DNA of 64,000 nucleotides from Acidimicrobiales bacterium (GTDB taxonomy: Bacteria; Actinomycetota; Acidimicrobiia; Acidimicrobiales; AC-9): contig DASXCO010000064.1 of NCBI GenBank assembly GCA_036491125.1, forward strand, positions 18,552-82,551. The letters are read 5' to 3'. A program made the position numbers and the translations under genes. The notes under the pieces were generated by a model, which did not search any database, was not told where the DNA came from, and saw only the letters and a list, made by a program, of their open reading frames with translations. Numbering within the stretch: the first letter of the stretch is position 1; each line of letters opens with the position of its first letter. Shown in pieces: positions 26,633 through 35,593 of this stretch.

Positions 26633-27042
26633 GATCGCCAGGACTGGAGGGTCAGCGAGATCACTGCGCCACCGGGCGGCCGACCGGCGTACTGGTCGTA
26701 CTTGCGGGCGAGGAGGTCGACGGCCCGGCCTCGCTCCTCACCGGCCCGAGCGTCCTCGGGCTCGAGCACCATCGCCACCCCATCGGCCCGTACCCACCAG
26801 AGACGATCCCAATCCTCTTCGTAGTGGTCGACCAGGACCGAAGCGGCGGGGTTGGCGCGCAGGTTGTCGAGGCGACGCAGGTCCGGGCCTCGTTTCGGCT
26901 TGTGGTCGACCGCCGAGTAGAGATGGTCACCGTCGACGGCGAAGCAGATGGGCACGACGTGCGGTCGGCCCCGCTCGTCGGCGGTGGCGAGCCTGGCCAC
27001 GCGGGCCTCGGCCAGCCGCCGCTGCGCGTCCCGCTCGTTCAA
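26617..27042 (-). CDS. PPOX-class probable F420-dependent enzyme (Rv0121 family)
   Basis: RLAEARVARLATADERGRPHVVPICFAVDGDHLYSAVDHKPKRGPDLRRLDNLRANPAASVLVDHYEEDWDRLWWVRADG. Confidence 0.75.
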   Translation of the reverse strand: MNERDAQRRLAEARVARLATADERGRPHVVPICFAVDGDHLYSAVDHKPKRGPDLRRLDNLRANPAASVLVDHYEEDWDRLWWVRADGVAMVLEPEDARAGEERGRAVDLLARKYDQYAGRPPGGAVISLTLQSWRSWAPR

Positions 27043-27099
27043 GCGGGAGGTCCCGGATGCGGGCTCACGACCGCTCAGTCGTCGCCGAGCCGGTCGCGG

Positions 27100-28005
27100 T
27101 CAAACCGCCTGGGCCGGACCCAGGACCTGGTCGATGCGGGCGAGCACCCAGTCATACGCACCGCTCATGACCGGCGCCTTGCAGAAATGGCACGCGCCGG
27201 CCAGGTCGAGGTCGAGGGGCGCGCCGCAGTTGGGGCAGTGCTGTTGCATGGTGCCGCCGTCGGTCTTGGTCGTGGCGGAGCTCGACCGCTGGAACACCCA
27301 GTCCTCGCTCCATTGGTCCACCGACTTGTTGCCCCGCAGCCGCTTGCCCGAGGAGGCGTCGACGTCGTAGTCGGCACAGGCGGCGATGAAGCGGAGGGTG
27401 ATCGTGTCCTTGGATTGATCGCTGCTGGCGCCGACGATGGTGGCGGCGCCGACCGACAGGTCCTCGAGCACGTTTCGCTTGCCCGCGCGCTCGTAGCCCT
27501 CGATCTGGACGCGATGCTGCTGCCAGATCCCGTCCGCCATGACCTGGCGGCTCATCTCGGGCTTCTGGTCGGTCCAGGCCGACTGGACGGTGAAGAATGC
27601 CCGCTCGCACGAAGCGATGAAGGCGTCCCGGTCGAAGGCGGGATCGTGGGTCTGGATCGCCGCCAGACCGTCGGACACGTCATCGTGGGCAGCTGGCATC
27701 TGCGCCTCCTCGGGAGGGCTCGGAAACGTCGGGCGCCCCAGGTTCTCGTTCGGGAACGGCGGCTGCACGGGCTGTGACCGCCGCCTGGCGGCGGCGAAGC
27801 CGACGAGCACGATGATGGCGACGATGATCAGGAAGAAGACCACGCCCCCGCCGGCGCCACCGATGGGGAGGAAGAAGAAGCCGCCGTGCCCGAGGCCTCC
27901 TCCCCCGCCGCTGAACCCACTGCCACCGCCGCTGCTGCCGCCTCCACCACCGAAGCTGTGTCCCCCGCCGGCGCGGGCGAGCAGCAAACCGAGAAGTCCA
28001 GCCAC
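27100..28005 (-). CDS. Tim44-like domain membrane protein with Gly-rich N-terminus and C-terminal zinc ribbon
   Basis: Start set at GTG 28005, 5 nt after the upstream stop. Order: VAGLLGLLLARAGGGHSFGGGGGSSGGGSGFSGGGGG, a TM helix, then DPAFDRDAFIASCERAFFTVQSAWTDQKPEMSRQVMADGIWQQH... (Tim44-like) and HCPNCGAPLDLDLAGACHFCKAPV. The rest of track ORF 27100..29094 is an alternate frame of the SPFH gene. Confidence 0.7.
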   Translation of the reverse strand: MAGLLGLLLARAGGGHSFGGGGGSSGGGSGFSGGGGGLGHGGFFFLPIGGAGGGVVFFLIIVAIIVLVGFAAARRRSQPVQPPFPNENLGRPTFPSPPEEAQMPAAHDDVSDGLAAIQTHDPAFDRDAFIASCERAFFTVQSAWTDQKPEMSRQVMADGIWQQHRVQIEGYERAGKRNVLEDLSVGAATIVGASSDQSKDTITLRFIAACADYDVDASSGKRLRGNKSVDQWSEDWVFQRSSSATTKTDGGTMQQHCPNCGAPLDLDLAGACHFCKAPVMSGAYDWVLARIDQVLGPAQAV

Positions 28006-28010
28006 GGGCG

Positions 28011-29159
28011 TCAGCCCTCTTGTGGAGTGTCCGGCCCGGCCGCCGGAGGGGGTGCTGCGGCGGTGCCGCACTCGGTGCAGAAACGGGCTCCCGCCGCCAG
28101 CTCGGTGCCGCACTGCGAGCAGTGGGTAACCGTGGGGGCGAGACGTGCGCCGCAGGACGAGCAGAACTTGGCGCCAGCCGGATTCTGGACCGAGCACGAC
28201 GGGCAGGCGATCGTGGCCTGCTCGGTCCCCTGCCCCGGCTGGGCTGACTGGCCGCCGGCACCGACCGCCGGCGGGGCCTGCGCGGGAGGCGGGGCCTGGG
28301 CCGGCGGCTGCTGGGTCGCACCGCCCACCGCCTGCTGGCCCACTCCCATGCCCGTGGCCAGGATGGCTCCCCCAGCGGCCGCTCCGCCCTTGGACATGCC
28401 CTCTCCGGCGCCGAGCAGGGCCTCGCCCGCTGCGTACTGCTGGAACCCGCCGGCCAGCTTGGAATAGGCGGTGTCCTTGGCCAGTGACTTGAGGGTCGCC
28501 TCGTCCTGGTCGGCGAGGTTCACGTCGAAGTTGCCCATACACACGATGGCCAGGCCGTAGGCCTTCAGTATCTCGTTCCCGCCATCGATCACTGTCTGCT
28601 CGATGTCGGGCGTGTACGCCGACAGGCTCAGGACCGGCCAGCCATTGCCGAGGATCTGGCGGGTCACCTCGGTGCGCATGACCTTCAGCAGCTGGGCACC
28701 GACCCAGTTCGTGATGGCCTCGTTGTTGGTCACGTCCACCGTGCCGGTGAGGTTGGTCACCAGGGGAACAGGGTTGGTGACCTTGAGGGAGTACTCGCCG
28801 AAGACCCGCAGCGTCACGATGGTGCCGGTCTGGGGGTCCTTCACGTCGTCGACCCGGCCCCCGAAGGGCTGGCCCGGATACTCGCGCGTGCCGACGAAGA
28901 ACAGCTCGGCGCGGTAGGCGTTCCCTCCCGTGGCATGGTCGATGAAGGCGCCGAGGAACGGAAGCTCGTCGGCGTCGACCTGGTGCTGACCGGGCGTGAT
29001 GGTCCCGATGACCTGGCCCTGGTTGAGGAAGAGGGCGGTCTCGTCGGCGTCCACGATGGCCCGGCTCATACGGCGGATGTTGTGGTCGGGCCACTTGTAG
29101 ACGAGCTGTCCCTTGGCGTTGTCAGGGACGGCTATGAACTCACGGCTGAACAGACCCAT
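28011..29159 (-). CDS. SPFH/band-7 domain protein (COG4260, YdjI-like) with C-terminal double zinc ribbon
   Basis: MGLFSREFIAVPDNAKGQLVYKWP...ALFLNQGQV...AELFFV...GEYSLKV. Gly/Ala/Gln/Pro linker, then CPSCSVQNPAGAKFCSSCG...HCSQCGTELAAGARFCTECG. Confidence 0.8.
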   Translation of the reverse strand: MGLFSREFIAVPDNAKGQLVYKWPDHNIRRMSRAIVDADETALFLNQGQVIGTITPGQHQVDADELPFLGAFIDHATGGNAYRAELFFVGTREYPGQPFGGRVDDVKDPQTGTIVTLRVFGEYSLKVTNPVPLVTNLTGTVDVTNNEAITNWVGAQLLKVMRTEVTRQILGNGWPVLSLSAYTPDIEQTVIDGGNEILKAYGLAIVCMGNFDVNLADQDEATLKSLAKDTAYSKLAGGFQQYAAGEALLGAGEGMSKGGAAAGGAILATGMGVGQQAVGGATQQPPAQAPPPAQAPPAVGAGGQSAQPGQGTEQATIACPSCSVQNPAGAKFCSSCGARLAPTVTHCSQCGTELAAGARFCTECGTAAAPPPAAGPDTPQEG

Positions 29160-29360
29160 TGCAGATTCCTTCCGGCGAGGTCGCTCGGACCCACCCGCCC
29201 AGGGTACTGTCCGGCCGGCGCGTTCGGGCGTCTCGGGCTCGGCCCGGTGCTGAACTGGAGGTCAGCCGTAAAGAACCCGGACGGCCAGGGCGGAGTCATA
29301 GCATGTAGACGCCTGGCAGAGGATGCGAGCGACGGGGGCCAACGATGACCACCTCCGACA

Positions 29361-29450
29361 TGGCCGGCCCGGGAGGCCGGCGCGATGGCGAGGCCGGCCC
29401 GGGAGGCCGGCGCGATGGCGAGGCCGGCCCCGAAGGCCCGCGCGATGGCA
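29361..29450. repeat. Tandem repeat, 30-bp unit x3 with hairpin core GCCGGCC-CGGGA-GGCCGGC
   Basis: ggccggcccgggaggccggcgcgatggcga at 29361-29390 and 29391-29420; degenerate third copy at 29421-29450. Lies immediately upstream of the cfa ATG. Confidence 0.85.
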
Positions 29451-29455
29451 AGCCC

Positions 29456-30766
29456 ATGGCGAACCTCCTCGAGCCGATGGTCACCGCCTTCGTGGGCCCG
29501 AACCCACCGGTCACCATCCGGTTCTGGGACGGCAGCACGCTCGGTCCCGATCGGGCGCAGGCGACGCTCACGATCCGCTCCCCCAGAGCATTGCGGAGGA
29601 TCCTCTACGCGCCGCGCGAGCTCGGCGCGGGCAGGGCCTACGTCGCGGGCGAGCTCGACCTCGAGGGCGATGTCTACGCCGCGCTTGCGTTGCGCGACAG
29701 CATGGCGAGCCGAGATCGGGAGGGCGAGGCCAAGGTGGGTCTGGGCCGACGGGGCTGGCTCGACCTGCTGCGGGCCGCCCGGAGGTCCGGAGTCTTCGGG
29801 CCACCGCCGGCGGCGCCGCCTGAGGAGGCTCGCCTTCGGGGCCGACTCCACTCCAAGGCCCGCGACGCAGCCGCCATCTCCCACCACTACGACGTCTCCA
29901 ACGATTTCTACCGGCTCGTCCTGGGCGAGACCATGACGTACTCCTGCGCCCACTTCGAGACGCCCGGCGCCAGCCTCGACGACGCTCAGCGCTCGAAGCA
30001 CGACCTGGTGTGCCAGAAGCTCGGGCTACGCCCCGGCGCGAGGGTCCTCGACGTCGGCTGCGGCTGGGGAACCCTGGCCATGCACGCCGCCCGGCACTAC
30101 GGCGCTCGGGCGGTGGCCATCACCATCTCCGAGCGGCAGGCTGCCCTTGCCGCTCAGCGGGTGACCGACGCCGGTCTGGCGTCCCAGGTCGAGGTCCGTC
30201 AGCAGGACTACCGCGACGTCGACGACGGACCGTACGACGCCATCGCCAGCATCGGCATGTTCGAACACGTCGGACTGTCGCGTCTCGCCGAGTACCTCGG
30301 CGACCTCTTCCACCTGCTCCGGCCCGAGGGTCGCCTGCTCAATCACGGCATCTCCCGACCGGGGCCGTCCGGCCTGGATCGCAAGTCGTTCATCAATCGC
30401 TACGTGTTTCCCGACGGCGAGCTCCACGAGGTGGGCGCCGTGGTCACTGCCGCACAGGCCCAGCACTTCGAGGTGCGCGACGTCGAGTCGCTGCGGGAGC
30501 ACTACGCCAAGACTCTGCGCAAGTGGGTGGCCAACCTGGAGTCGGGGTGGGATCGCGCCGTCGATCTGGTCGGGGTCAGCCGGGCCCGGATCTGGCGGCT
30601 CTACATGGCGGGCTCGGCGATGAACTTCGAGGCTGCCCGCACGAGCATCCACCAGGTGCTCGCGGTGAAGGACGGTCCCCAGGGCGAGAGTGGCATGCCG
30701 CTGACCCGGGCCGAGCTGCTGGGTCTCGCGCCGGCGCGCGCTGGCGCGCCGGCCGGCATGTCGTGA
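29456..30766 (+). CDS. cfa: Cyclopropane-fatty-acyl-phospholipid synthase family methyltransferase
   Basis: HYDVSNDFYRLVLGETMTYSCAHF...QRSKHDLVCQKLGLRPGARVLDVGCGWGTLAMHAA...SIGMFEHVG...YVFPDGEL. Start set at ATG 29456 (MANLLEP). The track start 29345 would translate the repeat array as GPGGRRDGEA x2. Confidence 0.8.
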   Translation: MANLLEPMVTAFVGPNPPVTIRFWDGSTLGPDRAQATLTIRSPRALRRILYAPRELGAGRAYVAGELDLEGDVYAALALRDSMASRDREGEAKVGLGRRGWLDLLRAARRSGVFGPPPAAPPEEARLRGRLHSKARDAAAISHHYDVSNDFYRLVLGETMTYSCAHFETPGASLDDAQRSKHDLVCQKLGLRPGARVLDVGCGWGTLAMHAARHYGARAVAITISERQAALAAQRVTDAGLASQVEVRQQDYRDVDDGPYDAIASIGMFEHVGLSRLAEYLGDLFHLLRPEGRLLNHGISRPGPSGLDRKSFINRYVFPDGELHEVGAVVTAAQAQHFEVRDVESLREHYAKTLRKWVANLESGWDRAVDLVGVSRARIWRLYMAGSAMNFEAARTSIHQVLAVKDGPQGESGMPLTRAELLGLAPARAGAPAGMS

Positions 30767-30786
30767 GCTGAGCGCAGACTCCGGGA

Positions 30787-32058
30787 TCAGGACACGGGGA
30801 GGGCGCTACCGGCCACCCAGTGGTCCCACGGGGTGTTCCAGTCGACGGTGCCGTTGTCGGTCAGCTCGGGTGGCCTCGGGGAGTTCACGATGTTGACGAT
30901 GTCGCCCCGCTGGCTGAAGTTGAAGAACCACGTGGCGTCGGTAGGAGCCAGGTTGACGCAACCGTGGGAGACATTGGAGTTCCCCTGGTCACCGACGGAC
31001 CAGGGCGCCGAGTGCACGAACTCGCCGCCGTCACTGATGTTGACGTCCTGGGCCACGTGCTCGTAGTAGCCGTCGGGAGAGTTGCGGGGGATGCCCACGG
31101 ACTGCGAGTCCATGATCAGGTCCGCCGTCTTGTACTGCACGAGGTGCACCCCGCCCATGGACGGGTACTTGTCCCGCCCGGCGCTGTCCTTGAAGGTCTG
31201 CACGACCTGGCCGTTGTTGGTCACGGTCATCACGTGGGCGTTGATGTCGACGGTGCTGACGTGGGCGTCGCCGACGGTGAAGCCGACCGAGCGGCTGGTC
31301 ACGCCCCAGATGCCGTTGCCGGCGCTCACACCGCCCAGGTTCGACGCCAGAGTGACGTGCTCACCGGTCGGCCAGTAGGCCTGGGGCCTGTAGTGGACCT
31401 CCTTGGAGCTCATCCAGTGCCACGCGCCGAGCACCGGCGTCGACATCTGGACCACCAGAGCCCGCTGCACCGCCGCCTTGTCGGCCACCGGCTGGTTGAA
31501 CTTGACCACGATGGGCATGCCCACGCCCACGGTCCCGCTGGTCGGCTCGATGTCGTCGGTCAGGGTGGCGACCGGCTGCAGCGTTGTGAACGACGCCTGC
31601 TGCTGGACCGCCTTGCCCGAGGAGGTCTTGCCGGTGACCTGGACCGTGTAGCTGGTGAGCGGGGCCAGGCCGCCGGGCACCGACGACCAGCTCCCGCCGC
31701 CCGGGTCGAGGGTGCCGGCCACCGGTTGGCCCAGCGGACCGGTCACCTGCACGGCGCTGAGGTGGCCACCGGCGGCGTTGACGGTGATCGGCGCGTTGAG
31801 CGGGACCGCCGTCGCCCCGTTTGTCGGGCTGAACGTCAGCTGCAGGCCCGAGCCCCGGGCGTTGTTCACCACGGGCTGCGCCTGGCTGGCGCCACCCTGC
31901 GGCTGCCCGTGGGCCGACACCTCCGACTGGAAGTTGTGCGTCCCCAGGTAGACACCGGCAGCGGCGGCCACCACGAGGACGGTGCCCACGAGTACCAGCG
32001 GTCCTCGCCGCGGCCACCTGGTCGGCCAGCGAATCATCGTCCGAGGGCCCCGGCGCAT
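30787..32058 (-). CDS. L,D-transpeptidase (YkuD domain) with N-terminal TM anchor and Ig-like domains
   Basis: Catalytic motif HSAPWSVGDQGNSNVSHGCVNL. N-terminal TM helix; LdtMt2-like architecture. Confidence 0.85.
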   Translation of the reverse strand: MRRGPRTMIRWPTRWPRRGPLVLVGTVLVVAAAAGVYLGTHNFQSEVSAHGQPQGGASQAQPVVNNARGSGLQLTFSPTNGATAVPLNAPITVNAAGGHLSAVQVTGPLGQPVAGTLDPGGGSWSSVPGGLAPLTSYTVQVTGKTSSGKAVQQQASFTTLQPVATLTDDIEPTSGTVGVGMPIVVKFNQPVADKAAVQRALVVQMSTPVLGAWHWMSSKEVHYRPQAYWPTGEHVTLASNLGGVSAGNGIWGVTSRSVGFTVGDAHVSTVDINAHVMTVTNNGQVVQTFKDSAGRDKYPSMGGVHLVQYKTADLIMDSQSVGIPRNSPDGYYEHVAQDVNISDGGEFVHSAPWSVGDQGNSNVSHGCVNLAPTDATWFFNFSQRGDIVNIVNSPRPPELTDNGTVDWNTPWDHWVAGSALPVS

Positions 32059-32225
32059 CGCGCATATCTGGACAAACAGGACAATTGGTCGACTGGCGGC
32101 ATCCCGCCCATGAGGCCCCGAACCCCCCTATCGACACACGACGCCACCATACTTATATACACGACTTCGGAACGGGTGCAAACGCCGAGTTGAAGGACCC
32201 GATCAGAGCGGGGTCCGGCGTCGGA

Positions 32226-32555
32226 TCAGCCCGAGGCCGGCGTACGCAGCTCCGAGAGGGGCAGCTCGGCGGTCACGTCCCCCGCACAGTGCGGGCAGCC
32301 GGCGACGTGCCGCCAGGCCCGGAGCGCCCTGGACCCGGCGGGCTCGACGATCACCATGAAGGAGTCCGAGCGAGAGTCCAGGTCGAGCCGGTAGTAGGGG
32401 CGCCACGCCGTCGACGCCTCCTCGATGTCGAGATCCAGTCCCTTGAGCACACGGCGGAACAGCCGGCGCTCGGTGTCGAACAGCCAGGTGCTGTGGCAGG
32501 ACTCGATCACCAGGACGTCGGGGACCGTCGAACCAGGGTTCGGGCCGAGAGACAT
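32226..32555 (-). CDS. Hypothetical protein (109 aa)
   Basis: ORF track. G/C-ending codons; no SD; no family recognised. Confidence 0.5.
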   Translation of the reverse strand: MSLGPNPGSTVPDVLVIESCHSTWLFDTERRLFRRVLKGLDLDIEEASTAWRPYYRLDLDSRSDSFMVIVEPAGSRALRAWRHVAGCPHCAGDVTAELPLSELRTPASG

Positions 32556-32703
32556 GGCGCAACATCATGGCCGGCCCACCGGAGAATGCAAGAGGCTGCA
32601 CGTTGCGGTTAGGTGACGATTGTCACATAACGGTAGTAATCGGACCTTTCGGGCCGATCGCTCGGGCCGAGTTTGGTCGGGCCGGGTTCGGCGCCACGCC
32701 TGG

Positions 32704-34080
32704 TCATGACGGCGGAATCTGGCCCGGTCCGGTGGCCAGGCAGGCCTCGGTGGCGGCATTGTCGTTCGGAGCGGGGAGGACGGGGGGCTCTCGAAACGCG
32801 GGCCGCGAGTGGAGGTCCACGAAGTCGAGCAGGTTGCTGGCGTTGGCGTCCCGGTAGGTCATCGCGGGCAGGTTCCACTTGGTCTCGACCAGCTTCAGGA
32901 TGGACGTGTGGTCGGCGACGACGTGGGAGACGTGGTTGCGTCGCGCGTAGGGCGAGGCCACCACGCAGGGCACCCGAAACCCGTACCGGTCGAAGCGGCC
33001 CTGCTGGTCGGTCGCCGAGATGGCGGGCGGGATCGAGTCGGGCAGCGGCGCCGGGGGCGGAGGCACGTGGTCGTAATAGCCCCCGTGCTCGTCATAGGTC
33101 CAGACCAGGAGTGTCCTTCCCCATGCCGGCCCGGACATCACCGCGTTGATCACCTTCGCCGAGAACGCCTCGCCGACGACGATGTCCTGGGGATCCTCCT
33201 CCGACGCGTGCTCGAAATCCGTATCGACGATCGAGTACCCCGGCAGCGTGCCGGCGGCCGCATCGGCGTAGAAGCCATCGATAGGGACGATGTTCTGCTT
33301 GTCACGGAGGGCGAGCGAGGGCACGAGGAACGCGGTGGGCAGGTTGGTGTAGTAGTTCTTCCACGTGATCCGGTGGGCGTCGAGGCGGTCGAAGATCGTC
33401 CCGTTCGGTGGCGGCGGGTCAGACGCAGCAGGCAACGGATTGGAGACCAGGCCCCAGGACGTCCCCGCCAGCAGGTACCGGCGGTTGGGGTACGTCTGGG
33501 CCAACACCGAGGCGAAGTACCGGTCTCCGAGGGGGAACGTGCGCGCCAGCCCGTGATAGAAGGGCAGGTCGGCGGCCGTCCAATACCCCATGGAGACCGG
33601 TCCGCTCCCGCTGCGGACGAACCCGTCGTTGCGTCCGCCGTCCCACTGGACATGGCTGTCGTTCCAGTTCTGGCTGGGACGGTTCTGCTGCTGGCACGTG
33701 GTGGGCATGCGGAACGCCTGCACCACCTTGCCCGCGGCGTCGGCGTTGGCCGCCGTCGGCCGCCCGTCCGGCCCGATGGTGAACCCGTCTCCCCGACCGA
33801 GGGTGCCGAGGTAGTTGTCGAAGGAGTGGTTCTCCATCATCAGGACGACGATGTGGTCGATCTGCGGGATCGTGTCCGTGCCCTCGGGCAGCCGCGGGAA
33901 CGGCCGCGACCCGGGCCCGGCGAGCTGCTTGGCCGCCTGAGGGGAGCTACCGGCCCCGCCACCCCCACCGCTGCACCCGCCGAGGGCCGCCACCGCCCCT
34001 GCCGCGGCGGCAGCGCCGAGGAACCGCCGGCGGGACAGGTGGCCGGAGGACGCGCTCGACACTCGACCACCATGGGTCAT
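32704..34080 (-). CDS. Phosphoesterase family protein (phospholipase C / AcpA-type), Tat signal plus lipobox
   Basis: Internal ATG 34080: MTHGGRVSSASSGHLSRRRFLGAAAAAGAVAALGGCSG (twin-Arg motif, LGGC lipobox). IDHIVVLMMENHSFDNYLG...YPNRRYL...EDPQDI...WTYDEHGGYYDHVPPP. Confidence 0.8.
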   Translation of the reverse strand: MTHGGRVSSASSGHLSRRRFLGAAAAAGAVAALGGCSGGGGGAGSSPQAAKQLAGPGSRPFPRLPEGTDTIPQIDHIVVLMMENHSFDNYLGTLGRGDGFTIGPDGRPTAANADAAGKVVQAFRMPTTCQQQNRPSQNWNDSHVQWDGGRNDGFVRSGSGPVSMGYWTAADLPFYHGLARTFPLGDRYFASVLAQTYPNRRYLLAGTSWGLVSNPLPAASDPPPPNGTIFDRLDAHRITWKNYYTNLPTAFLVPSLALRDKQNIVPIDGFYADAAAGTLPGYSIVDTDFEHASEEDPQDIVVGEAFSAKVINAVMSGPAWGRTLLVWTYDEHGGYYDHVPPPPAPLPDSIPPAISATDQQGRFDRYGFRVPCVVASPYARRNHVSHVVADHTSILKLVETKWNLPAMTYRDANASNLLDFVDLHSRPAFREPPVLPAPNDNAATEACLATGPGQIPPS

Positions 34081-34117
34081 CGACGGCTCCCCGACAAGAG
34101 CGGATGCGAGCCTGGGT

Positions 34118-35551
34118 TCAAGACCGGTGGCGCTCCCTGCGCACCAGCCAGCGGTAGCGCCTGGCGCCGTCGAAGGCAGCCTCGGCCGCCAGCTGCCCGA
34201 TCGCGGTGGACAAGGTCGGATACACGTGGATGAAGCCGGCCACCTCGTTGAGCTTGAGCCGCTGGTCGATCGCCAGCGCCAGCTCATGGATCATCTCGCC
34301 CGCCGCTGGCGCAAGGATGTGGGCCCCGACGACCCTCGTCTTCTTCCCGGTGACGATGACCACCGACCCGTCACCGGCGCTCTCGGCGCGGGCCCGGTCC
34401 GAGTGCTGGAGGTCGAGCCGCCAGACGTCGACGTCGTCTCCGTACCGTGACCGAGCCTGCTCGATCGTCAACCCGGCGTGCGCCAGCTCGGGATCGGTGA
34501 AGGTGCACCAGGGCACGAGATCGGTCACGGTGCCCTTCCCCGGAAAGAACATGTCGCGCACGGCGCGGACGCCCTCGTAGCCCGCCGAGTGGGAGAAGAA
34601 GAAGCGTCCGGCCACGTCACCGGCGGCGTAGATCGACGAGGTGCTGGTCCGCATCCGGCCATCGACCTCGACGCCACGGGGCCCGACATGGACGCCCGCC
34701 ACTTCGAGCCCGAGGCCCTCGATGTTCGGCCGACGGCCGGTCGCGACCAGCAGCTCCTCGGAGGTCCAGCTCGAGGCGTTGCCGTTCTCGGTGCCCGAGA
34801 CGACTTTGCCGTCACCGGTCACGGCGACGGCGTGGGTCTCGACGTTGAGCCGCTGGTCGACACCCTCGTCGACCAGGCGCCGGCTGAGCATCTCCACCAG
34901 CTCGGGCTCGTCGCGAGGAAGAATCCGGGGACCCTTCTGGAGCAAAGTGGTGCGCACTCCGAGACGGGCGAACGCCTGGGCCATCTCGACGGCGATCGGC
35001 CCTCCGCCGATCATGGTGATGCTGCGGGGCGACCGATCGAGCTCGAAGATGCTCTCGCTGGTGAGGAAGCCGGCCTGCTCGAGGCCCGGGATGGGCGGGA
35101 TCGAGGGTCTGCTGCCGGTGCACAGCAGGATGAAGCGGGCCTCGAGGTCCCGGTTGCCGTCCGGGCCGGTGACAGTGACGGTGCTCGGCCCCGCCAACCG
35201 GCACTCTCCGGAGACGACGTCGACGCCCATGGCCGCGTAGCGGGCGGGATCATCGTCGGAGGAGGCGATCTCGTCCTGCACCGCCCGGATCCGGTTCCAG
35301 ACCAGGCCCGAATCGATCTCGGGCTCGATCGGTTTCAACCCGTACCTGTCGGCGTGCCGCATGACGTGGGCGGCTCTGGCCGACGCCAGCAGCGCCTTGC
35401 TGGGCACACAGCCCGTCCACAGACAGTCCCCTCCGACCCGACCTCGCTCCACCACCGCCACGTGGAGCCCGAGCGTGCTCGCCGCGAACTCCGCCGCCAC
35501 CATGCCCCCCGAGCCCATCCCCACGATGACGAGGTCGTACCGGTGAGCCAC
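34118..35551 (-). CDS. Class I pyridine nucleotide-disulfide oxidoreductase (dihydrolipoamide / mycothione / mercuric reductase family)
   Basis: YDLVIVGMGSGGMVAA...GGDCLWTGCVPSKALL (redox CxxxxC)...IGGGPIAVEMAQ...AAGDVAG...HVYPTLS. Confidence 0.85.
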   Translation of the reverse strand: MAHRYDLVIVGMGSGGMVAAEFAASTLGLHVAVVERGRVGGDCLWTGCVPSKALLASARAAHVMRHADRYGLKPIEPEIDSGLVWNRIRAVQDEIASSDDDPARYAAMGVDVVSGECRLAGPSTVTVTGPDGNRDLEARFILLCTGSRPSIPPIPGLEQAGFLTSESIFELDRSPRSITMIGGGPIAVEMAQAFARLGVRTTLLQKGPRILPRDEPELVEMLSRRLVDEGVDQRLNVETHAVAVTGDGKVVSGTENGNASSWTSEELLVATGRRPNIEGLGLEVAGVHVGPRGVEVDGRMRTSTSSIYAAGDVAGRFFFSHSAGYEGVRAVRDMFFPGKGTVTDLVPWCTFTDPELAHAGLTIEQARSRYGDDVDVWRLDLQHSDRARAESAGDGSVVIVTGKKTRVVGAHILAPAAGEMIHELALAIDQRLKLNEVAGFIHVYPTLSTAIGQLAAEAAFDGARRYRWLVRRERHRS

Positions 35552-35593
35552 GAGCGGTCCCTCCCAGGGTGGCGACCCTAGTTGCCGGCCCGA

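Noticed and set aside
32617-32645. PafBC-type RecA-independent promoter-like motif (TTGTCAcat-N8-TAATCG) and GTGAC-gatt-GTCAC palindrome
   Set aside because: The -10 hexamer does not fit TANNNT. The motif points into the antisense of the phosphoesterase gene with no downstream plus-strand gene, and it occurs only once.
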